Shown here in pieces: positions 36,685 through 46,303 of a stretch of DNA of 58,724 nt (positions within the stretch are counted from its first letter, which is position 1; each line of letters begins with the position of its first letter). Both the position numbers and the translations under genes were made by a program. The notes below the pieces were generated by a model. It did no database searches. It saw only the letters and a list, made by a program, of their open reading frames with translations, and was not told the origin of the DNA. Source of the stretch: Verrucomicrobiota bacterium (GTDB lineage Bacteria > Verrucomicrobiota > Verrucomicrobiia > Opitutales > Opitutaceae); the NCBI GenBank assembly GCA_025352985.1, contig JANXRL010000157.1:1-58724 (forward strand). Reading direction: 5' to 3'.

Positions 36685-36800
36685 TCCCCATATGTTTTCA
36701 CTGGAGTCCTCGCAGATACCTCAGGGGATTTAGCCTGCGGGAGCGTATCATCGGGTGAAGACGAATGCCTCGTCTAAAACCCACAAGATCCCATAATCCC

Positions 36801-37094
36801 ATGAAAACTCCCACCAAGATCCTCGCCGCCGCCCTGTTCGGCATTACCCTCAACGTAGGTGCCATTGCCGGCCCTGGCATCCAATACTGGCAGAATCACG
36901 GGGCTGCGTCCAAATCCACTGCCGACATTACAGCGGCCAAGATGGCCGATGCCTCCAAGGGCATGGCCTGCTCCACCATGACCGAGCCCAAGGCCCGGAT
37001 TTCCCGTGAAGATTCGGCCACTACCCGGATCGTTACCTGCACGCCAGAATTGCTCAAAAACAATCCCCGCTGCCAGCAGGCCTGCGGGATGTGA
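36801..37094 (+). CDS. Small secreted Cys-containing protein
   Basis: Signal peptide ending AIA-GPGIQYW; four Cys; followed by a terminator. Confidence 0.7.
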   Translation: MKTPTKILAAALFGITLNVGAIAGPGIQYWQNHGAASKSTADITAAKMADASKGMACSTMTEPKARISREDSATTRIVTCTPELLKNNPRCQQACGM

Positions 37095-37147
37095 TTCCAA
37101 CCGACACCCCGAGGCCTGAGCGCATCGACCATCTGTCCAGTCCACCC

Positions 37148-37176
37148 AAGCTGCCCCCAACCGAGGCAGCTTTTTT
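37148..37176 (+). terminator. Intrinsic terminator
   Basis: AAGCTGCC/GGCAGCTT stem with T run. Confidence 0.75.
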
Positions 37177-37234
37177 GTGCGCACGAGTCATTCCATCGAC
37201 ATACTTTAGAGTAAACATTCTCCCTCTCTGTCCA

Positions 37235-37774
37235 ATGCCTCCAGATTATGACATCTTAGCCCCGCTGCTCGCCCGACGGGAAGAATTACTCGGATTCCTT
37301 GCCGCCCGTCTCGGCAGCGACCATGCCGACGCCGAGGATCTCCTCCAGCACGGCTTCGCCAAGGCTCTCGCCTCCGCCGGCATGCTCCGCGACGACGAAC
37401 GCCTTGTGCCGTGGTTTCACCAGCTCCTCCGCCACGCGCTGATCGACCACATCCGCGCCCGCCGGGCCGCCACCGACCACGAACACCGCTGGGCCGACGA
37501 CACCCTCACGCTCGCGCCCGCGGAAACCGCGCGCCAACTCTGCCGCTGTCTCGAACCGCTTGTCGCCACGCTTCCGCACGCCCAAGTCGAACTCATCCGT
37601 CGCGCCGAACTCGGCGACGAATCCGTCTCCGCCGTCGCCACCTCCCTCGGGCTCACCGCCAACGCCGCGAGCGTCGCCCTCCACCGCGCCCGCGCGACTC
37701 TCCGCACCAAGCTTGTCTCTTTCTGCGGCGACTGCACTTCAGGCGCGTGCCTCGACTGCGACTGCGAACCGTAA
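37235..37774 (+). CDS. CorE-like ECF sigma factor with Cys-rich C-terminus
   Basis: Sigma-2 ([14 protein letters not shown]) and sigma-4 (LHRARATLR), CRC linker motif, tail [14 protein letters not shown]; no anti-sigma gene nearby. Confidence 0.88.
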   Translation: MPPDYDILAPLLARREELLGFLAARLGSDHADAEDLLQHGFAKALASAGMLRDDERLVPWFHQLLRHALIDHIRARRAATDHEHRWADDTLTLAPAETARQLCRCLEPLVATLPHAQVELIRRAELGDESVSAVATSLGLTANAASVALHRARATLRTKLVSFCGDCTSGACLDCDCEP

Positions 37775-37799
37775 GGTTTTTTGGCTGTCTCCGTCTAAT
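37771..37799 (+). promoter_or_regulatory. Candidate ECF promoter of copA
   Basis: GTAAG-N16-CGTCTAAT just upstream of the copA ATG. Confidence 0.5.
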
Positions 37800-37806
37800 A
37801 GGCGAT

Positions 37807-39828
37807 ATGCACAACCACCACCACGCAGCTTCTCCTCCCAACGACACTCCCGCCCCCGACGCTCCCGTTTACATGGGCTTGCCGCACGAACGCGTGCTGC
37901 GTCCGCGCTTCTGGGCCGCCCTCGCCCTCACGATTCCCGTCCTCGTCCTCGCAATGGGCGGCATGCTTTTCCCCCACGCCTTTCACGGACTGCCGCCCGC
38001 CCCTAACGGCTGGTTGCAGCTCGCGCTCACCACGCCCGTCTTTTTTTGGAGCGGCTGGTTCTTCATCGGCCGCTGGTGGAAATCCCTGCGCGAACTGGAC
38101 CCCAACATGTTCACGCTCACCGTCACCGGCACGGGCGCGGCGTATTTCTACAGCGTCGCCGCCGTGCTCTTCGGCGACTCGTTTCAGGAAAACCTGCGCG
38201 GCATCCACGGCGTGCCGCTCTACTTCGAGGCCACCGCCTTCATCACGACCATCGTCCTACTCGGGCAGATCCTTGAACAACGCGCCCACGCCCGCACCGA
38301 CGCCGCCATCCACGCCCTGATGGACCTCGCGCCCGCCACCGCCCACCGTGTGCGCGACGGTCGCGAAGAAGACGTCCCGCTCGCCGACATCGTTGTCGCC
38401 GACCTCCTCCGCGTCCGCCCCGGCGAAAAAATTCCCGTGGACGGCACCCTCACCGAAGGCTCAAGCGACGTGGACGAATCCATGCTCACCGGCGAGCCCG
38501 ATCCCATCGCCAAAAAAACCGGCGCCAAACTCAGCGCCGGCACGCTCAACACCACCGGCTCCTTTCTCTTCCGCGCAGAGCGCGTAGGTCACGACACCCT
38601 CCTCGCCCAAATCATCAAGCTCGTCGAAGAGGCTCAGGAAAGCGAAGCGCCCATCCAGCGTCTCGCCGACCGCGTCTCCGCTTGGTTCGTGCCCGCCGTC
38701 GTCGGGATCGCCGCGCTCACCTTCGTCCTCTGGCTGAAGCTCGGCCCGGCACCCGCGCTCATACCCGCGCTCGTGAACGCCGTCGCCGTCCTGATCATCG
38801 CCTGCCCGTGCGCGCTCGGGCTCGCCACGCCCGTCTCGCTCATCACCGGCTTCGGCTGCGGCGCGCAGGCCGGCGTCCTCGTCAAGGACGCCGCCGCCCT
38901 CGAACGCCTCGTCGTCGCCACCACCGTCCTGATCGACAAGACCGGCACACTCACTGAAGGCAAACCCCGCGTGGTCTCAATCCATCCCGAAAACAACACC
39001 TCCGAAAACGACCTCCTCACCCTCGCCGCTTCCGCCGAATCCCCCAGCGAACACCCGCTCGCCCGTGCCCTCGTCGCCGCCGCGAAGGAGCGTAACCTCA
39101 CCCTCGCGCCCGCCTCCGATTTCAAGGCCGAACCCGGCCAAGGTGTAAACGCCCGCGTCAACAATCGCCACGTGCAGGTCGGCCGCGCCCCCGAAAAAGC
39201 CGATACCCCGTCAATCTCGACCCTCGTCGGCGTCACCCTCGACGGCGTCTTAGCTGGCACCATCGCGCTCGCCGACCCAATCAAATCGAGCACGCCTGAA
39301 GCCATCCGTGAACTCCACCGCCTCGGCCTGAAAATCCTCATGGTCACCGGCGACCGCGAGGCCACTGCCCGCTCCGTCGCCACTGAACTCGGCCTCGATG
39401 GCTTCCACGCCGGCGTAACGCCAGCCCGCAAACAGGAGATCGTCCGCGAGCACCAGGCGCGCGGCGAAGTGGTCGCGTTTGCCGGCGACGGACTCAACGA
39501 CGCGCCCGCGCTCGCCGCTGCCGACATCGGCATCGCCATGGGCACGGGCACCGACGTCGCCATGGAAAGCGCCGGCCTCGTCCTCGTAAAAGGCGACCTC
39601 CGCGCCATCGTGAAAGCCGTCCACCTGAGCCGCGCCACGCTGGGCAACATCAAACAAAACCTGTTCTTCGCGTTTTTCTACAACGGCCTCGGCATCCCCG
39701 TGGCGGCGGGCCTTCTTTACCCATTCACCGGCTGGCTCCTCAGCCCCATGCTCGCCGGCGTGGCGATGAGTCTCAGCTCGATCAGTGTAGTCGCCAACGC
39801 CCTCCGCCTGCGACACACCGCGCTTTGA
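37807..39828 (+). CDS. copA: Copper-translocating P1B-1 ATPase
   Basis: TGE, CPC, DKTGT, SEHP, GDGLND, YN and MSLSS motifs; His-rich N-terminus with no CxxC domain. Confidence 0.93.
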   Translation: MHNHHHAASPPNDTPAPDAPVYMGLPHERVLRPRFWAALALTIPVLVLAMGGMLFPHAFHGLPPAPNGWLQLALTTPVFFWSGWFFIGRWWKSLRELDPNMFTLTVTGTGAAYFYSVAAVLFGDSFQENLRGIHGVPLYFEATAFITTIVLLGQILEQRAHARTDAAIHALMDLAPATAHRVRDGREEDVPLADIVVADLLRVRPGEKIPVDGTLTEGSSDVDESMLTGEPDPIAKKTGAKLSAGTLNTTGSFLFRAERVGHDTLLAQIIKLVEEAQESEAPIQRLADRVSAWFVPAVVGIAALTFVLWLKLGPAPALIPALVNAVAVLIIACPCALGLATPVSLITGFGCGAQAGVLVKDAAALERLVVATTVLIDKTGTLTEGKPRVVSIHPENNTSENDLLTLAASAESPSEHPLARALVAAAKERNLTLAPASDFKAEPGQGVNARVNNRHVQVGRAPEKADTPSISTLVGVTLDGVLAGTIALADPIKSSTPEAIRELHRLGLKILMVTGDREATARSVATELGLDGFHAGVTPARKQEIVREHQARGEVVAFAGDGLNDAPALAAADIGIAMGTGTDVAMESAGLVLVKGDLRAIVKAVHLSRATLGNIKQNLFFAFFYNGLGIPVAAGLLYPFTGWLLSPMLAGVAMSLSSISVVANALRLRHTAL

Positions 39829-39906
39829 CAGGCTTGCGTCAACCCATGTCCCCGGGAACGCCTTCCTTGACTTAAACTTCAGCCAACGGATAACTAACAC
39901 ATCTTG

Positions 39907-40034
39907 ATGCACGCCATCATTCAGACGCTTCGACTTATCTAGACGCACGATCCGAGAGGGCCGCGAGCGCGGCTGATTGTGCGTCCGCTGTTAAGTCCCG
40001 CGCCTGCTGCCGACCTCGCCGGCAGCGAGGTTTT
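39907..40034 (+). promoter_or_regulatory. Candidate leuA leader peptide and attenuator
   Basis: uORF MHAIIQTLRLI* (39907-39942), hairpin 39942-39985, overlapping alternative stems 40006-40031 followed by TTT. Confidence 0.5.
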
Positions 40035-40077
40035 AACGGTGTAAACCATCCTGTTTTAATGTTTAGTTGTTTCGCCA

Positions 40078-41745
40078 ATGCAATCCGCTCCCGTCAAAAA
40101 ATACCGCCCGTTCCCTCCGGTTGATTTGCCCAACCGCCAGTGGCCTTCGCGCGTGCTGACCCACGCCCCCGTCTGGTGCAGCGTCGATCTCCGCGACGGC
40201 AACCAGGCGCTCGCCCAGCCCATGAGCGTCGAGGAGAAACTCGAATACTTCGATCTGCTCGTGAAGATCGGCTTCAAGGAAATCGAGGTCGGCTTCCCCT
40301 CCGCCTCGCAGATAGAATTCGATTTCTGCCGCCGCCTCATCGAGGAAAAACACATCCCCGACGACGTCTCTATCCAGATCCTCTGCCAGTGCCGCGAGGA
40401 ACTCATCACGCGCTCGCTCGAAGCCTTGAAGGGCGCGAAGAACGTCATCTTCCACCTCTACAACTCCACGTCGCCCAAGCAACGCGACTACGTCTTCGGC
40501 GCGTCCAAGGCCGATATCGTGGCCATCGCCGTCAAAGGCGTTTCGTTGCTCAAGAAACACGGCCAGTCCTTGATCGACGCCGGCACACGCCTGCGTCTGG
40601 AGTATTCGCCCGAGAGCTTCACGAGCACCGAGCTGGAGTTCGCCTTGGAGATTTGCGAGGCCGTCACCGACGCGTGGCAGCCCACGAACGCCAACAAGAT
40701 CATCCTCAACCTCCCTGCGACCGTTGAATACGCGACGCCCAACATCCACGCCGACCAGATCGAGTGGATGTCCACGCATCTCACGCGCCGCGACGTCACC
40801 ATCATCTCCCTGCACACGCATAACGACCGCGGCACCGGCGTCGCCGCCACCGAGCTGGCGCTCCTCGCCGGCGCGGACCGCGTCGAGGGCACGCTTTTCG
40901 GCAACGGAGAGCGCACCGGCAACCTCGACCTGGTCGTGGTCGCGCTGAACCTCTACACGCACGGCATCCACCCGAACCTCGATTTCTCGGACATCAACGG
41001 CATCCGTGAGACCTACGAGCGTTGCACGCGCATGGAGGTGCATCCGCGCCATCCCTACGCAGGCGAGTTGGTGTTTACCGCGTTTAGCGGCTCGCACCAG
41101 GACGCCATCAAGAAATCGTGGCCGTTCCAAAAACCCGACCGCGCGTGGGACGTGCTCTACATCCCGATCGACCCCGCCGACATCGGCCGCAGCTACAAGG
41201 CTATCATCCGCATCAACTCGCAGTCCGGCAAAGGCGGCGTCGCCTACATCCTCGAAAACGATTTCGGCTACCAGTTACCCAAGCTCATGCACAAGGAAAT
41301 CGGCAAGATCGTCAACGACCTCGCCGATTCGAAGGGCGCCGAGCTCGCACCGCAGGACATCCACGACGTGTTCGTCAGCGAATACATCGAACGCTCCACG
41401 CCGGTCGCGTTGAAGGAATTCCGCACGATCAAGCGCACCAGCACGGTCACCTGCCATGCCGACCTGCTCGCCTACGGTCAGGAAAAAATCGTCACCGGCG
41501 CGGGCAACGGCCCCATCGACGCCTTCGTGCAGGCGCTGCGTGCCGCCGGCCTGCCGAAGTTCGAACTCATGAGCTATTCCGAACACTCGCTCGGCAGCGG
41601 AGCCGAGGCGCGCGCCGTTTCCTACATCCAGATCAAGACGGAGCGCGGCGCCACGTTCTTCGGAGCGGGCATCGATACCAATATCGAACTCGCCTCGATC
41701 AAGGCCGTCGTCAGCGCCCTCAACCGAGCCTTGTCCAAAGCGTAA
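40078..41745 (+). CDS. leuA: 2-isopropylmalate synthase (yeast/Mycobacterium type)
   Basis: SVDLRDGNQAL, HTHNDRG, GNGERTGN, SGSHQDAI, IRINSQSGKGG and GNGPID motifs. Confidence 0.97.
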   Translation: MQSAPVKKYRPFPPVDLPNRQWPSRVLTHAPVWCSVDLRDGNQALAQPMSVEEKLEYFDLLVKIGFKEIEVGFPSASQIEFDFCRRLIEEKHIPDDVSIQILCQCREELITRSLEALKGAKNVIFHLYNSTSPKQRDYVFGASKADIVAIAVKGVSLLKKHGQSLIDAGTRLRLEYSPESFTSTELEFALEICEAVTDAWQPTNANKIILNLPATVEYATPNIHADQIEWMSTHLTRRDVTIISLHTHNDRGTGVAATELALLAGADRVEGTLFGNGERTGNLDLVVVALNLYTHGIHPNLDFSDINGIRETYERCTRMEVHPRHPYAGELVFTAFSGSHQDAIKKSWPFQKPDRAWDVLYIPIDPADIGRSYKAIIRINSQSGKGGVAYILENDFGYQLPKLMHKEIGKIVNDLADSKGAELAPQDIHDVFVSEYIERSTPVALKEFRTIKRTSTVTCHADLLAYGQEKIVTGAGNGPIDAFVQALRAAGLPKFELMSYSEHSLGSGAEARAVSYIQIKTERGATFFGAGIDTNIELASIKAVVSALNRALSKA

Positions 41746-41768
41746 AACGCAGCGTAATAAACGCCTTC

Positions 41769-41804
41769 TTGACAGCAGACCAGACCAAGTCTGGTCTGCT
41801 GTCA
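41769..41804. promoter_or_regulatory. Perfect inverted repeat over the TA promoter (candidate operator)
   Basis: 16-bp arms TGACAGCAGACCAGAC-CAA-GTCTGGTCTGCTGTCA; TTGACA at 41769-41774. Confidence 0.7.
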
Positions 41805-41806
41805 TC

Positions 41807-42097
41807 ATGAAGATGATCAACATCCAAGCCGCCAAGACGCATCTCTCTCGGATCGTCGAACGGGCGGCGGCAGGCGAAGAGATTATCTTGGCCAAAGCCG
41901 GCAAACCCTTGGTTAAAATCATCCCTTACGTCGTCGCCCGAAAGCCACGGGTTGGAGGTCAGCTTAAGGGTAATATCCACGAAACGTCCGACGCTTGGGA
42001 ACCCGATACGGCACTCGAAACCGAGATGACGCAGACGTCGCTTTATCCGACTGATAGCGATCAACCGGCCCAGCGCGTAGCCGAAGATCCGAAATGA
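41807..42097 (+). CDS. Phd/YefM family antitoxin
   Basis: INIQAAKTHLSRIVERAAAGEEIILAKAGKP; ATGA overlap with the toxin gene. Confidence 0.92.
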   Translation: MKMINIQAAKTHLSRIVERAAAGEEIILAKAGKPLVKIIPYVVARKPRVGGQLKGNIHETSDAWEPDTALETEMTQTSLYPTDSDQPAQRVAEDPK

Positions 42098-42471
42098 GAA
42101 TCCTCGCCGATTCGCACGTCTTGTTGTGGTGGTTGGAAAACCCGCAGCGCGTAGCCCTCCCCGCCCGCGCGGCCATAGCAGATCCGGCAAACGAGGTTTA
42201 CTTTAGCGCCGCCTCCGTCTGGGAAATCGGCCTGAAGGTCGGCAAGGGCAAGCTCCGCATCGACGGTGATTTCGTCGCTTTGCTTGAAGCCGATGGCTTC
42301 GAGCCACTCTCCGTCACCACGGTGCACGCCGCACGCACGTTCACGCTGCCCGCGATTCACGGCGATCCGTTTGACCGCATGCTGATCGCCCAAGCGTTGG
42401 CCGAAGGACTCGTGCTTGCCACTCACGACTCCGTGATCGCGCAGTATGAAGTCCCGGTGATCGACGCCTGA
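42094..42471 (+). CDS. vapC: VapC PIN-domain toxin
   Basis: LADSHVLLWW, SVWEIGLK, HGDPFDRMLIAQA and THD motifs. Confidence 0.93.
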   Translation: MRILADSHVLLWWLENPQRVALPARAAIADPANEVYFSAASVWEIGLKVGKGKLRIDGDFVALLEADGFEPLSVTTVHAARTFTLPAIHGDPFDRMLIAQALAEGLVLATHDSVIAQYEVPVIDA

Positions 42472-42475
42472 CGCC

Positions 42476-42494
42476 GGAGCGGCTTGCTCGCGAT
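42476..42494 (+). repeat. Degenerate REP-like element
   Basis: GGAGCGGCTTGCTCGCGAT, similar to 45795-45817. Confidence 0.45.
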
Positions 42495-42503
42495 TCTTGT
42501 CCC

Positions 42504-43625
42504 TCAAGCCCGCCCCACCCGCCGGAAAAGCCAAGTCCCGAGCGTTATTGTCAGCACCGGCGCGACCCATAGTAGGAGGTCGGGCCGAAGCGCGGGCTGC
42601 TTGTCGAGCCAGCCAACAATGACATTCAGGAAGTAGTAACCTAACGCCAGCACCAGCGCCAGACCCAGGTTGGCGGTGGTTTCCTTGCGCGAGATTTTTA
42701 CGCCCAACGGAATCGCGATGATGGTGAATGCCAGAATCGTAAACGCGTTGGCGATCTTCTCATGCAACGCAATCGAGACCGGCATGCGCTGATTCAACGG
42801 AGCCTTCGAGGCCTCGAGTCGTTGGCGCTCGTCCAGCAACTGCCCGAACGTCAGCCAGCTTAGCTTACGGTTGAAGCTCTGCTTGCCGAAAATGTTGTCG
42901 AGTTTGAGGTCCACCGACATCTGGTCGGACGTGCCAATGGGATGTGGCGCAGAGAAGTCCTCCGGATTTTTTTCGTCACGGGTTTCGACCGAGACATTCG
43001 ACAAGGTGAGCACCATCTTGTTGTCCGACTCGACGTAGTCCACATGACCGGACTGGGCGCGGGCAAAGAATTTCACCCGCTTCTGATCGTCCAGCTGCCA
43101 CAGCCAGAAGTCCTTCAGGTTCTCGCCATCTTTCCGGTTAACAAAAACGACCACTCCGGGAAAATCACGGATGAATGTCTTGGGCACGATAAAGTTCAGC
43201 GGGTTCTTCCGCACCGCCTCGCTCAAGGTGTCGCGGTAGGCCGTGCGCGCCAAGGGCATGTAGTAGCAATTGATGCCCAGCCCCACCACTACACCGATCA
43301 CCGCGATGATGAAAATCGGACGCGCCGCATAGCCCAGGCTCAGCCCCGCCGCGCGCATCGCCGTGATTTCCTGCTGCGACGACATTCGTCCGAGCACCAA
43401 AAGCACCGCTGTCAACATCCCCATGGGCAGCGCATGAACGCACACGTAAGGCACGAGCAGCACGAGGAGCTTCATGACCGCGAAACCGGAAAGCTGCCCC
43501 GCCAGCATGTAGCCGATCAAATCCTTGAACGCGTTGCCCACGATCAGCACGAAGGCGAACAACCCTGCCGCGACCGCGCAGGAGAACAGCACGCTCGCGA
43601 AGATATGGCGGTGGAGGATTTTCAT
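42504..43625 (-). CDS. LptF/LptG family LPS export permease
   Basis: MKILHRHIF start, QEITAMRAAGLSL motif, 3+3 TM layout. Confidence 0.9.
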   Translation of the reverse strand: MKILHRHIFASVLFSCAVAAGLFAFVLIVGNAFKDLIGYMLAGQLSGFAVMKLLVLLVPYVCVHALPMGMLTAVLLVLGRMSSQQEITAMRAAGLSLGYAARPIFIIAVIGVVVGLGINCYYMPLARTAYRDTLSEAVRKNPLNFIVPKTFIRDFPGVVVFVNRKDGENLKDFWLWQLDDQKRVKFFARAQSGHVDYVESDNKMVLTLSNVSVETRDEKNPEDFSAPHPIGTSDQMSVDLKLDNIFGKQSFNRKLSWLTFGQLLDERQRLEASKAPLNQRMPVSIALHEKIANAFTILAFTIIAIPLGVKISRKETTANLGLALVLALGYYFLNVIVGWLDKQPALRPDLLLWVAPVLTITLGTWLFRRVGRA

Positions 43626-43740
43626 CAGGGGAAACGAAAGCCAAGAGTTGAGAGCCAAGGGTGGGGAGGAAAGCCCAAACACAGGCACTCAGTCGTTGCC
43701 GTCCGCCACCCGACGCTCAACCTTCTCCTGCTTCACTCAG

Positions 43741-44856
43741 ATGAAATACACGCCCGCCAAGCCGCCGCTCACCGGTGAAACCCTCGACTCCCTCACCGCG
43801 CGCCTGCGCGAAAAGGGCGAGCCGGCTTTCCGCGCGAAACAAATCCTCGAGTGGGTTTACAAAAAACGCGCCCGCACCTGGGACGACATGACCAACCTCT
43901 CCAAGCCGCTCCGCACGTGGCTCGACGAGACGTTTGACCTCATGCCTGCGTCCCTCGTATCCGGCAAACAATCCACCGACGTCACCGACAAGCTCCTCCT
44001 CGAAATGGGTGACAAGTCGCTCATCGAAACCGTCATCATCCGCGTCCCGCAGGAAGGCGTCGGTCTGGATGAATCCCGCAAGACCATCTGCATTTCAACC
44101 CAGGTCGGCTGCGCGATGGCGTGCGTGTTCTGCGCCTCCGGCCTCGCCGGACTCAAACGCGACCTCAACGCCGGCGAGATCGTCGCCCAGCTTCTTCAAG
44201 TCTGCTACCGCGAGGACGCCCGCACGCCGCGCGCCCGCATGGAGCTGGCCTCATTCGACAACATCGTGGTCATGGGCATGGGCGAACCGCTCGCCAACTA
44301 CGACAACATCATCCGCGCCCTCACCATCGTGAACGCCGAGTGGGGCCTCGGTGTCGGCGCGCGCCGCATCACGCTTTCGACCAGCGGACTCGTTCCCAAA
44401 ATCCTCAAGCTCGCCGAGGAGCCGCTCGGCATCCGCCTCGCCATCTCGCTCCACGGCGCGACCGACGAAGTCCGCGAGAAGATCATGCCCGTCAACAAGG
44501 CCTACCCGCTCGAAAAACTCCTCCCCGCCATCAAGGCGTTTAACGAGAAACACGGCCGCATGGTCACGTTGGAATTTATCCTTATCGAGGAGGTCAACGA
44601 CATGCTCGATCAGGCCGAAAAACTCCGCGACATCGCCCGCGACCTCCACGCCCACGTCAACCTGATCCCCTACAACACCGTGGAAGGTCTGCCTTGGAAA
44701 CGCCCCTCGATCACCCGCCAGGAACGCTTCGCCGACGTCCTTCGCGCCGCCCGTATTTCCGTGACCCTCCGCCGCGAAAAAGGCCACGACATCGACGCCG
44801 CCTGCGGCCAGTTGCGCCTGAAGACCGAAAAAGACCGAGAACTCACTTCCGCCTAA
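43741..44856 (+). CDS. rlmN: 23S rRNA m2A2503 methyltransferase
   Basis: STQVGCAMACVFC, MGMGEP and AACGQL motifs. Confidence 0.96.
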   Translation: MKYTPAKPPLTGETLDSLTARLREKGEPAFRAKQILEWVYKKRARTWDDMTNLSKPLRTWLDETFDLMPASLVSGKQSTDVTDKLLLEMGDKSLIETVIIRVPQEGVGLDESRKTICISTQVGCAMACVFCASGLAGLKRDLNAGEIVAQLLQVCYREDARTPRARMELASFDNIVVMGMGEPLANYDNIIRALTIVNAEWGLGVGARRITLSTSGLVPKILKLAEEPLGIRLAISLHGATDEVREKIMPVNKAYPLEKLLPAIKAFNEKHGRMVTLEFILIEEVNDMLDQAEKLRDIARDLHAHVNLIPYNTVEGLPWKRPSITRQERFADVLRAARISVTLRREKGHDIDAACGQLRLKTEKDRELTSA

Positions 44857-44878
44857 TTCACTCACGGCTTGCCAACAA

Positions 44879-44902
44879 ATCAATAGATACGCATATATTG
44901 AT
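44879..44902. promoter_or_regulatory. Inverted repeat upstream of metF
   Basis: ATCAATA-N10-TATTGAT ending 6 nt before the ATG. Confidence 0.45.
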
Positions 44903-44908
44903 ACGTAA

Positions 44909-45787
44909 ATGAATCCAGATCGGCCAATCTCCGCGCTCTTCGCCGAAAACCGCCCGCTCCGCTCGCTGGAATTTTTCCCGCCCAAAGATGACGCCGGCGT
45001 AGAAGCCCTGCGCCAGACCGCGACCGCGCTCAAGACCATCCCGTGGGATTTCGTTTCCGTGACATACGGTGCGGGCGGCAGCACCCGCGAACGCACCGCC
45101 CAAGTCAGCGATTTCCTGCGCCGCGATTTCGGCCTCACCGTGATGCCCCATCTGACTTGCGTAGGTCATTCCCGCGATGAACTCGCCGCCATCGCCGACC
45201 GCATTTACGAAAACGGCTTCCGCAACATCATGACGCTCCGTGGCGACCCGCCGAAAGGAGCTTCCGCATTCACCGTCTCGACCGACGGCCTGCGCTACGC
45301 CAGCGAACTCGTCACGCTCCTCAAAAACCGCCACCCCGACTTCTGTCTCGGCGTCGGCGGCTACCCGGAGAAACACCCCGAAGCCGTCTCCCTCGAAGCC
45401 GACCTCGACGCCCTCAAGCGCAAGGTAGATGCCGGCGCCGCGTTCATCACCACCCAGCTCTTCTTCGACAACGCCATCTACCATCGCTTCGTCGATAAAT
45501 GCCACGCCTGCGGCATCACCGTCCCCATCGTCCCGGGTCTCATGCCGGTCCTCTCGGTGAAACAAATCCAACGCATCGCGACACTCTCCGGCTCGGTATT
45601 GCCCGCGCAACTCGCCCGCCGTCTCGAAGTCGCCGAGGCAAATCCCGACGTCGTCGAGATCATCGGCATCGACTGGGCGCTCACCCAGATACGCGATCTC
45701 CTCTCCCACGGCGCGCCCGGCTACCACCTCTACATTCTGAACCGAGCCAAGAGCGCCCTCGCCCTCGCCGCAGGATTGTCCGCCTGA
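44909..45787 (+). CDS. metF: Methylenetetrahydrofolate reductase
   Basis: EFFPPK, SVTYGAGG, HLTC, LRGDPP, YPEKH and TQLFFD motifs. Confidence 0.96.
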   Translation: MNPDRPISALFAENRPLRSLEFFPPKDDAGVEALRQTATALKTIPWDFVSVTYGAGGSTRERTAQVSDFLRRDFGLTVMPHLTCVGHSRDELAAIADRIYENGFRNIMTLRGDPPKGASAFTVSTDGLRYASELVTLLKNRHPDFCLGVGGYPEKHPEAVSLEADLDALKRKVDAGAAFITTQLFFDNAIYHRFVDKCHACGITVPIVPGLMPVLSVKQIQRIATLSGSVLPAQLARRLEVAEANPDVVEIIGIDWALTQIRDLLSHGAPGYHLYILNRAKSALALAAGLSA

Positions 45788-45794
45788 GTATTAC

Positions 45795-45847
45795 GCAGGA
45801 GCGAGCTTGCTCCCGATGATCGCAATCGCCTGCAGGCAGGCACCTAC
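45795..45847. repeat. Inverted REP-like doublet between convergent genes
   Basis: GCAGGAGCGAGCTTGCTCCCGAT, a 7-nt spacer, then the reverse complement of GTAGGTGCCTGCCTGCAGGCGAT. Confidence 0.65.
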
Positions 45848-45859
45848 ATTGCAGACCGC

Positions 45860-46255
45860 TCATCCGCCGGCCATCACCGGCCGGAATCCCGCCTCGGCAA
45901 GAATGCGCGCGACCACCTCGCGTTGGTCACCTTGAATCTCGATCTGACCGTCCTTCACGGTCCCGCCGCACCCGGCCGCCGAACGCATTTTTTTGCAAAG
46001 CGACTCCTTCTCCGGCAGGCCGATGCCGGTAAAGTTTTTGGCCACCGTCACGGCCTTCCCACCGCGCCCGGCAGTGGAGCGCAACACATCCACCCGCCCC
46101 CGGTTCTTGACCGGCGCGGAAGCCGTATCTGACTTTGACTGAGGCTGCGCAACCGGTCCTGCAGGCAGATTTGAGAATCCAAAACTGCCCAAAGCGGCAA
46201 ACGGATTGTGCTCCAGGTCTCGCCCGCCATCCGTCGGAATCTTGTCTTTGCTCAT
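45860..46255 (-). CDS. yciH: SUI1/YciH translation initiation factor family
   Basis: GRGGKAVTV and GCGGTVKDGQIEIQGD motifs. Confidence 0.9.
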   Translation of the reverse strand: MSKDKIPTDGGRDLEHNPFAALGSFGFSNLPAGPVAQPQSKSDTASAPVKNRGRVDVLRSTAGRGGKAVTVAKNFTGIGLPEKESLCKKMRSAAGCGGTVKDGQIEIQGDQREVVARILAEAGFRPVMAGG

Positions 46256-46303
46256 GGTTGTGAAGCAGCTTGGTCGCGCTTTATTTCATCCCAAAGGTGC
46301 GTT

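Noticed and set aside
36771-36776. Second CGTCTA as a CorE-type promoter for the small Cys protein
   Set aside because: No GTAAG at the matching 16-nt spacing.
39934-39990. SAM-I riboswitch (CTTATC...GAGGG) before leuA
   Set aside because: The remaining core (GCAACC, GTGC and closing GAT strand) is absent and the gene context does not fit.
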